Shown here piece by piece: positions 8,874-15,066 of a DNA stretch of 22,283 nucleotides (positions within the stretch are counted from its first letter, which is position 1; each line of letters begins with the position of its first letter). Location: NCBI GenBank assembly GCA_040081625.1, contig JBEBGD010000090.1, positions 1-22,283 of the forward strand, in the 5' to 3' direction. The position numbers and the translations under genes were made by a program. The stretch comes from Chthoniobacteraceae bacterium (GTDB taxonomy: Bacteria > Verrucomicrobiota > Verrucomicrobiia > Chthoniobacterales > Chthoniobacteraceae). The notes beneath the pieces are model-generated. The model ran no database searches and was not told the DNA's origin. It saw only the letters and a list, made by a program, of their open reading frames with translations.

Positions 8874-9992
8874 ATGAAAACACCGACCCATAAAAAGCGG
8901 TCGGGGAATCGCAGTGCGAAACGCACCAGAGACCTACCTCGTCTGAGCCTCAGGATCCCATTCCGAGTCCCGGATTTCTTCGCCGCTTTGGAAGGCGCTC
9001 GCTCCTTCGCCGATCGCCGCCAGCAATGGCACGCTGCGAAGGCGAGGACGAAGAATATCCGCAACGCCGATGCTTTCACGCCTTGCTGGACAAATATGCC
9101 AGCCCCATCAGATGTGCCGTGGCTCACGGTGAACTTCGATCCAGCGCCGCAGGACGCTGAACTACAAAACGAAGCTGCGACGAGGTGGAAGTCCATTGCC
9201 GGATGTCCTCGCTCCGTGAGCCTGGCTACCAAGTTCCAAGCCGAGTGGGATTTTGAGTCGTTACGCACCGCTGAGGATTGTGCGGCCTGCGCAAGCTACG
9301 AACTGGCACGCGAGAGTGCCACGATCCGCGCGCTCGTGGCTGCTTTTAGAATCGCGAGAAGTGAAGCGGTGGAGGCAGGTAAGTCTGGCGATTCTGAAAC
9401 GGCAGCGCGAACGAACCTGCGATGGAATGCGCTCTTTTCGATCCTTCTTCGAGTCCTTCGGAGCAACGAGCGGCTTGCACTCGTCATGGCACCTGGATTT
9501 CCCGAAAAACCGTGGATGGCTCATTCCATGAAAGACCGCCCGCGCCCGAAGCCCTTGGTTCCGATAAAGACGGCGAGCGTTGAGCCGCTCGCGAGTGCGT
9601 TCCTTCCTTACCTTTTTGGCGCCTTCGGTTCTGATTCCGTCCAATCCAACGGTGTGCATCACTTCGCGCTTTCAGTTGATACCACCGCACCGCGCAAAGC
9701 AATTGAGACCGTCGTCAAGAAAGCCCTCCGCGCCGAGTTAGACAGCATCGGGGTGAAGCGGAAACATTCTCCATCCACTCCCGGTGAGATCCTCCATCAT
9801 CTGGCGAAACTTCGACTTCTACGTTTGGTCAAAGGCCCAATTCCCCACCCAATACCGGGCTTCGAATCAGGGTCCGATGAGTCTTCTTGGAGACGAGATG
9901 CGCGGAAGGTCGGCTCACATTTGCACTCGTTCTTCGCACTTCCCGACGGCGAGAGGCCGCTTACTCCACACCGAGAAGCCGACATTCGCTGA
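8874..9992 (+). CDS. Hypothetical protein, possible transcriptional activator of the element
   Basis: Long ORF between int and the xis-like gene, same strand; the start (ATG 8874) is uncertain. Confidence 0.65.
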   Translation: MKTPTHKKRSGNRSAKRTRDLPRLSLRIPFRVPDFFAALEGARSFADRRQQWHAAKARTKNIRNADAFTPCWTNMPAPSDVPWLTVNFDPAPQDAELQNEAATRWKSIAGCPRSVSLATKFQAEWDFESLRTAEDCAACASYELARESATIRALVAAFRIARSEAVEAGKSGDSETAARTNLRWNALFSILLRVLRSNERLALVMAPGFPEKPWMAHSMKDRPRPKPLVPIKTASVEPLASAFLPYLFGAFGSDSVQSNGVHHFALSVDTTAPRKAIETVVKKALRAELDSIGVKRKHSPSTPGEILHHLAKLRLLRLVKGPIPHPIPGFESGSDESSWRRDARKVGSHLHSFFALPDGERPLTPHREADIR

Positions 9993-10015
9993 TTAGAGGT
10001 CTGACGTCCCAGATG

Positions 10016-10042
10016 GGCCGTTGAGGGGTTCGCTCAACGGCC
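10016..10042. promoter_or_regulatory. Perfect 10-bp inverted repeat upstream of the xis-like/rep operon
   Basis: GGCCGTTGAG-GGGTTCG-CTCAACGGCC with no U tract after it; function inferred from position. Confidence 0.5.
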
Positions 10043-10101
10043 AAGTAAACCGCGCGCGATCGTGAATCACGTTGCCGGTGAAAACTCGACCTAACTCCAC
10101 C

Positions 10102-10368
10102 ATGCGCGAAGATGCGCCCGCCAGTAGTCCAGCGGATTCAGGACTTGTCAAGAAACGTGATGTCGCCCGCGCGGCGAAGATCAGCGTTCGAACCGTGGAC
10201 AACCTCATGCGCGCAAAACGCATCCCGGTTGTCCGGCTGTCCCCACGATGCGTGCGCTTCCATTTGCCGAGCGTGCTTGCCGCTCTCCGCCGTTACGAGG
10301 TTCGTGAAATCGCTCCAGTTCGCTGGCATCGACTCTCTGACAACACCTCTGCCCCCCAAGCTGAATGA
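10102..10368 (+). CDS. Excisionase/AlpA-like small winged-HTH DNA-binding protein
   Basis: LVKKRDVARAAKISVRTVDNLMRAKRIPVVRLSPRCVRFHLPSVLAAL fits the MerR-like xis HTH pattern; ATGA overlap with the next gene. Confidence 0.85.
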   Translation: MREDAPASSPADSGLVKKRDVARAAKISVRTVDNLMRAKRIPVVRLSPRCVRFHLPSVLAALRRYEVREIAPVRWHRLSDNTSAPQAE

Positions 10369-11684
10369 GCGCGCTCGCCCTCGATACCGCTCTCAGCGAT
10401 CTGCCAGACCTCGCTACCGAATGCGTCCTCATCGGCAGTGGTCAACGCGCTGACTGCATTTGGACGCGCGGGGATTTTATTGCCATCTGCGAACACATGC
10501 TGAACGGCAATTCACCGCAGGACTTCATGCTCGTGTATCGCAATCGGGACGATAAGCCGTGCTTCGCGAAGGCGAAGACGCCGAAAGCTAGTCGGCGGAC
10601 TACCTGGGCGTGGGACACGATAATTGGACGAACCAAGAGCCCTGTAGGCATCGGCTTCTATCCGACCAACCCAGATGGGCAATCCCGCTGGGGAGCGATG
10701 GACTTCGATGCGCACGACGGAAGCGCCCTCCGCGCTCGTGCGCTGGCGCTGGAAGCTTTCAGACTGCTTCTCCGACACCCTCAACTTTACCTCGCCCTCG
10801 GAACGTCTGGCAGCGACGGATGGCACTTGTTCGTCTTCAGTCGGGAGTTTCACCCGACGGACCACTGGACTCTGCTGCTAAAGCAAGTCGCCGCGTTCAT
10901 TGGGACTGAAGTTAAGCCCGGTATCTGCGAGGTCTTCCCGAACGACATTGCGCCCGGCTCTTGGGGGCACGGGATTCGCGCACCCGGCACTTGGAATCCG
11001 AAAACCGGCGGCATGGGAACAATCGCCTATGACGGCCTTAGCCCGCTGCTTGCCGAGAAAAAAGAAAAGAGAAAGGAGAGTCCCTTTCTTTATCATGCAA
11101 CCGACAGTGTTGCGGAAGCCAGGTTGCATGATAAGCGCGAGACTGGGCTGCCTGGCGGACCAGATGACGATTGGACCAAGCGCTTTGCCATCACCCTTCC
11201 GGCTACCCGGCACCATCAACTCAAGGCGCTCGTCCTGCACGTATTTCACCAAGTCGGGCACAGCGTGGCTCGTCATTGGGCGGAATCTCAACACCAGTCA
11301 GCCAATCCGACACCCCAAGCCGATCTCGCCGAACACATGGATGAGTTTGAAGAGCTTTGGCGATGGAAGGACGAGCAATGGCAGCAGGAGTTACCCGATG
11401 GTGAACGCGCGCGTTTCGAGGCGCTCCCGACACAAACGCAGCGAGACGTATTTCGCATCGTTCGCAGTTTCGTCCGAAAGGGCGAACAGGACGACAGCTT
11501 CGACTTTCCGTTTCCGGTCGAAAATGTCGGCATGAGAGTAGGCGTGAGCTATCAGGCCATGAGCAAGTTGCGCCGGCATTTCATGGCTCTGCGATTCATC
11601 GAACTGACTGCGCGGCACATTCCAAACGTCCGCGCCACTCGTTTTCGCTGGTTGGCGGCTGACGAGACCGAGGATCCGTTTTGA
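10365..11684 (+). CDS. Archaeo-eukaryotic primase (AEP, TOTE-primase-like) replication protein with probable C-terminal wHTH
   Basis: GFYP...WGAMDFDAHD (DxD), TSGSDGWHLFVF (SG..G.H), EVFPN...GHGIRAPG. The C-terminal FPVENVGMRVGVSYQAMSKLRRHFMALRFIEL resembles a winged helix. Confidence 0.78.
   Translation: MSALALDTALSDLPDLATECVLIGSGQRADCIWTRGDFIAICEHMLNGNSPQDFMLVYRNRDDKPCFAKAKTPKASRRTTWAWDTIIGRTKSPVGIGFYPTNPDGQSRWGAMDFDAHDGSALRARALALEAFRLLLRHPQLYLALGTSGSDGWHLFVFSREFHPTDHWTLLLKQVAAFIGTEVKPGICEVFPNDIAPGSWGHGIRAPGTWNPKTGGMGTIAYDGLSPLLAEKKEKRKESPFLYHATDSVAEARLHDKRETGLPGGPDDDWTKRFAITLPATRHHQLKALVLHVFHQVGHSVARHWAESQHQSANPTPQADLAEHMDEFEELWRWKDEQWQQELPDGERARFEALPTQTQRDVFRIVRSFVRKGEQDDSFDFPFPVENVGMRVGVSYQAMSKLRRHFMALRFIELTARHIPNVRATRFRWLAADETEDPF
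11090..11134. repeat. Perfect 13-bp inverted repeat inside the rep gene
   Basis: TTATCATGCAACC (11090-11102), 19-bp spacer, GGTTGCATGATAA (11122-11134). Confidence 0.9.
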
Positions 11685-11692
11685 ACGACTGG

Positions 11693-11977
11693 TTACTCCG
11701 TCGTCGTCTCCAGCCTGCCGATGAAGTCGAGCACTGCGGCTTTGAGCCGCGGTTGATCCGGCAGGAGCATTTGAGCCGGCACCTTCAAAATCCACGCGAA
11801 GAAGGCCAACTCGAAATCCGAGACCCAACGAATCTGCGCCTCGATCTTCGCCAGCGTGTCGCGGCTCAAATCCCACCCGGCGACCTGACAGCGATCGGCG
11901 AGCGCCTGTTGTGTGAGCTTCTGCTGAAGCCGCAAACGGCGGAGTTGTGGGCCAACGATGTTTCGAGGATTCTTCAA
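11693..11977 (-). CDS. XRE-family HTH transcriptional regulator
   Basis: NIVGPQLRRLRLQQKLTQQALADRCQVAGWDLSRDTLAKIEAQIRWVSDFEL is a Cro/CI HTH pattern; start tentatively TTG 11977. Confidence 0.87.
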   Translation of the reverse strand: MKNPRNIVGPQLRRLRLQQKLTQQALADRCQVAGWDLSRDTLAKIEAQIRWVSDFELAFFAWILKVPAQMLLPDQPRLKAAVLDFIGRLETTTE

Positions 11978-11982
11978 GCGCT

Positions 11983-11998
11983 GTGCTGAAAACAGCAC
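11983..11998. promoter_or_regulatory. Palindromic operator candidate
   Basis: GTGCTG-AAAA-CAGCAC between the divergent XRE and cargo genes, followed directly by TTGACC. Confidence 0.45.
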
Positions 11999-12051
11999 TT
12001 GACCGTAGGGGGCGTTTCCGGCGTGCTTGTTCTGAATCCGGCACACAGCCC

Positions 12052-12495
12052 ATGAACCCGAAACTTGGTTTTCTCGTCGCCTTCTTTGCGCTACTTCTCG
12101 CCAGCCGCGCCGACGAGAAGTTCACCGGATCAGGCTGGGTTCTTACCGTCAAAATGGAATCCGGCTTCTGGATCGCTGAACTGAAAACACCGACGGGCGA
12201 AATCTGGTTTGGCGAGTGCTACGCGACGCTCAACGACAGGCCGTGGTTCGACTTTGAGGGAAAAAGACGACTACCGACCATGTCCGACACGATCGAATAC
12301 CGCGGCATCGACTTCCCGGAACCGCCGACTCGGCCGGAAGACGAACCGGATTATGACGCCGAGTTGATCGCCGACAGCGTCGCCGAGGACGGAGGCATCT
12401 ATGCTTCGGTGCGCGCTGAGGGCTGCACGCTGCTGCCAAAGCTGCGGAGCTGCGAGTTCAGCGTGGCGGCAGCAACCCGAGCATTGAACCCATGA
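12052..12495 (+). CDS. Hypothetical protein, possible signal peptide
   Basis: MNPKLGFLVAFFALLLASRA-DE looks like a Sec signal; ATGA overlap with the next ORF. An alternative internal start at 12280 is possible. Confidence 0.5.
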   Translation: MNPKLGFLVAFFALLLASRADEKFTGSGWVLTVKMESGFWIAELKTPTGEIWFGECYATLNDRPWFDFEGKRRLPTMSDTIEYRGIDFPEPPTRPEDEPDYDAELIADSVAEDGGIYASVRAEGCTLLPKLRSCEFSVAAATRALNP

Positions 12496-13016
12496 AGAAA
12501 ATCTTCGCCCAGGCTGACCTCTCCGGCTGGTTGTCGCTCGATGAAGAACGGCTTCTGAATCTCTACCGTGCTGCGAACGAGGCAGACCGGCATGAGTGGC
12601 TCTACCGCATCACACGCCGAAGGCTGGCGAACATGTTTGCTGAGGACTTCGACGACGAACGCGATGGCACGGACGCGAGCTACCTTCAGTGGGACCTTGA
12701 GCAATGGTTGCGAGAGGTTTGCCCGAGGGAGTTGCTGGGCGAAATCCTCTGCGAGGATCCGCTTTTCACCAGTTTGGTTAGCACCGCATGGGGCGCAGCA
12801 GCGCGCGTAGTGCTTGGGCCATCAGCGCGCGACGGCCAGCGCGCCGACGAGCTTTTCAACGCCGCCGTGCGCCTTTGGGACATGCTCGGTGATGCTCCGG
12901 GGCGCCGCCCACCGCTGAAGCTGGATCGCAAGGCGGCAATCGGATTCCTCGAAGCATGGCGGGAAGCCGCCCTTGCTTTTGCGTTTCGTCCCGAAGATGA
13001 AGATCAAAAATCGTAA
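12492..13016 (+). CDS. Hypothetical protein (acidic, predicted helical)
   Basis: 174-aa ORF with natural amino-acid composition, coupled to the upstream ORF. Confidence 0.65.
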   Translation: MKKIFAQADLSGWLSLDEERLLNLYRAANEADRHEWLYRITRRRLANMFAEDFDDERDGTDASYLQWDLEQWLREVCPRELLGEILCEDPLFTSLVSTAWGAAARVVLGPSARDGQRADELFNAAVRLWDMLGDAPGRRPPLKLDRKAAIGFLEAWREAALAFAFRPEDEDQKS

Positions 13017-13083
13017 AGCCCACGCCGCCGCAACTGCTCGCTGACTGTCGGCAACTACACGATCGCAAACTACCAAAGACCCG

Positions 13084-13275
13084 ATGACACCGACATCAAC
13101 CACAAACGGGCAGAAGCCGGCCCCCACGTCGGAGCTGCGCGCTGCCCTTCTGGATGCATTGGACGCGCGCCAGAGTTGGTTGGAGGCCAACAAGGAGAAA
13201 ACTATCGAGCGCGCCAAGATCATTCTCGACTTGATCGACGACTTCAAAAAGAAGCACGGGTTGGCGGACGATTAG
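13084..13275 (+). CDS. Small hypothetical protein (amphipathic helices)
   Basis: 63 aa, protein-like composition, stop 7 bp before the next ATG. Confidence 0.55.
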   Translation: MTPTSTTNGQKPAPTSELRAALLDALDARQSWLEANKEKTIERAKIILDLIDDFKKKHGLADD

Positions 13276-13282
13276 ACGCTCC

Positions 13283-13843
13283 ATGTCCGAGACAACAGCG
13301 ATGCTCGAAATCCGACGCTCCGATTTCACGGACGCGGTAAAACCGTTGTTGAAGATCGCCCGCCCGCGCAAAGGCGAGGAGGCTGTGCTTTCCTTCGACG
13401 GCAGTTTCCTCGTCATCGAATTGGGTGGCGGTGGTGTGGGTGTGCCGGCGAAAGGGATTTGGCCTGGGCAAGCGCGCGTCGTCGGTGAGTTCGTGACCAG
13501 TCTCATGAAAGCGCCACCTGTGGGCAATCCGATCGTCTTCAAAATCATGGACGGGCGCATCTTCGCGGGCTCAGCGTCGATCGGATGCGCCTGGCAGGCC
13601 GCTGAGGCGAAGAAGATCGAGTTGCCGGTCAACGCCACGCCGCTCAATTTCCTCCGCATTTCGGAAACCTACACCGACGAGGAAATTCGCGATGCTGGGC
13701 TTCACAAGCTCATCAAGCTGGCACGAGAAGGGAGGGATGAAAAAGTTGCACGCGCCGCTCATCACCTTGCGTCGCTCGGCATCACTGCGGACGACCTGCG
13801 CGAGTTCATCAGGAAAAGAGTGCTGGGCGAAAAGGCACGTTGA
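13283..13843 (+). CDS. Hypothetical protein; N-terminal half resembles one sliding-clamp (DnaN) domain
   Basis: 186-aa ORF; the fold resemblance is by eye only. Confidence 0.65.
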   Translation: MSETTAMLEIRRSDFTDAVKPLLKIARPRKGEEAVLSFDGSFLVIELGGGGVGVPAKGIWPGQARVVGEFVTSLMKAPPVGNPIVFKIMDGRIFAGSASIGCAWQAAEAKKIELPVNATPLNFLRISETYTDEEIRDAGLHKLIKLAREGRDEKVARAAHHLASLGITADDLREFIRKRVLGEKAR

Positions 13844-14032
13844 GTCGGTGTCCCAGCCGGCGGTTTCGAGGCGGGGAGCCTCGCGGCATCCGGCACGCGC
13901 TACGCGCTCAAACGCGAACGCGAGCGGTGGCAGGTGGAGAGCGCGGCAGAACTTTGGATTTCGTGAGCACGCGCCGGCGCGACGATGCGTCGCGCGTTTG
14001 CGTTCCTGGGTGCGTGGATTATCGCCACAAGC

Positions 14033-14854
14033 ATGGACCGCGAGAAACATTCAATCTTCTGCCAGATCCGATCGCATTCGCACTTCTTTGAACCCGGAGT
14101 GTTTGAAATGCTCGAAAGACCAAGCTGCCACATCAACGTTTACGATGTGAAAGAGGATACGTTTTTTCTAGGGATTCACAGCGAACACTCGCCGCCGAAC
14201 TCGCGGGCTGATTTTAATGAAGCGGGAACGTTCATCCTCTCCGAATTTTTGATTGCGCTCAACGTGGGCAGCATGGGCCATTTTGAATGGGCCGCCAAAA
14301 CCGCTGCGCCGCCAACTTACTCTCTATTCAACAAAGACACCCGTTCTGCCGTAGGGCTTGCCTCAGCGCGGCATTACAAATACCCGGAGAAAAAATCTCC
14401 GCTCACAAACGAAGATTTAGGCCGCGCCGTCGTGGTTTTTGAGGGTCTTTGCAACGAGCCGAACAACTACGTTCGCACCGAGTATTTGAAGGGAATTTAT
14501 CACCTTGGGTTGGAGTTTTTTGATCTCACATTCCGCAAGGATGCGTTCGCGAATTTCTACAGAGCATTTGAACACTTCGTGACGGATCGAGTTCTCCGCG
14601 TGGCTAAACTCACGAACGAACTAAAGCAGATGGCGGAAGCGATGAGGCAGGTGGGATTGCCAGAATCCATGGTGGGCGCTTTTGGCCCCGATCTTTACCG
14701 GCTTAGATGTGAGCAAGTGATGCATTCTCAAAAGCAGCAGGTAGAGATCACGTGGGAAGACGCTGCGAAGATGAAGGCGTATGCAGACACGATGATGCTT
14801 GCTTTCTATTTCCCGCCTTGGGCAAAGGCTTCACGCGGCGGCTTAAAGAAATGA
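14033..14854 (+). CDS. Hypothetical protein with HEPN-like C-terminal domain
   Basis: AT-richer ORF; FANFYRAFE helix and LYRLRCEQVMH (R-x5-H). Start could be 13985, 14033 or 14108. Confidence 0.65.
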   Translation: MDREKHSIFCQIRSHSHFFEPGVFEMLERPSCHINVYDVKEDTFFLGIHSEHSPPNSRADFNEAGTFILSEFLIALNVGSMGHFEWAAKTAAPPTYSLFNKDTRSAVGLASARHYKYPEKKSPLTNEDLGRAVVVFEGLCNEPNNYVRTEYLKGIYHLGLEFFDLTFRKDAFANFYRAFEHFVTDRVLRVAKLTNELKQMAEAMRQVGLPESMVGAFGPDLYRLRCEQVMHSQKQQVEITWEDAAKMKAYADTMMLAFYFPPWAKASRGGLKK

Positions 14855-15066
14855 CTGTCGCTACCGCCGAGATTCGCGTTGGCGACGGCCGGCCCGCGCC
14901 GTTCGCGCAGATCGATGTCCGCCGCGGGCTTTTCGTCTTTGTTGTTCGGCACGCTTTGACGAGCACTACGCGGCTTTCACGACCAAAGTCGGCGATCTCT
15001 ACCGCCCCAACTACAGATTCGGCTCGCCGGATGATGAATGCCGGTTTTCCATTCGCGTCGGCCTGA

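Noticed and set aside
11681..11989. Plus-strand 102-aa ORF following rep
   Set aside because: It is the antisense shadow of the well-supported XRE gene.
13977..13995. Hairpin GCGCGACG-ATG-CGTCGCGC as a terminator
   Set aside because: GC-rich low-complexity stem with a 3-nt loop and only a short T run after it; not distinguishable from chance.
12052..14854. Integron cassette array
   Set aside because: Short co-oriented ORFs, but no attC-like RYYYAAC...GTTRRRY structures were seen between them, and the integrase shows no IntI-type features.
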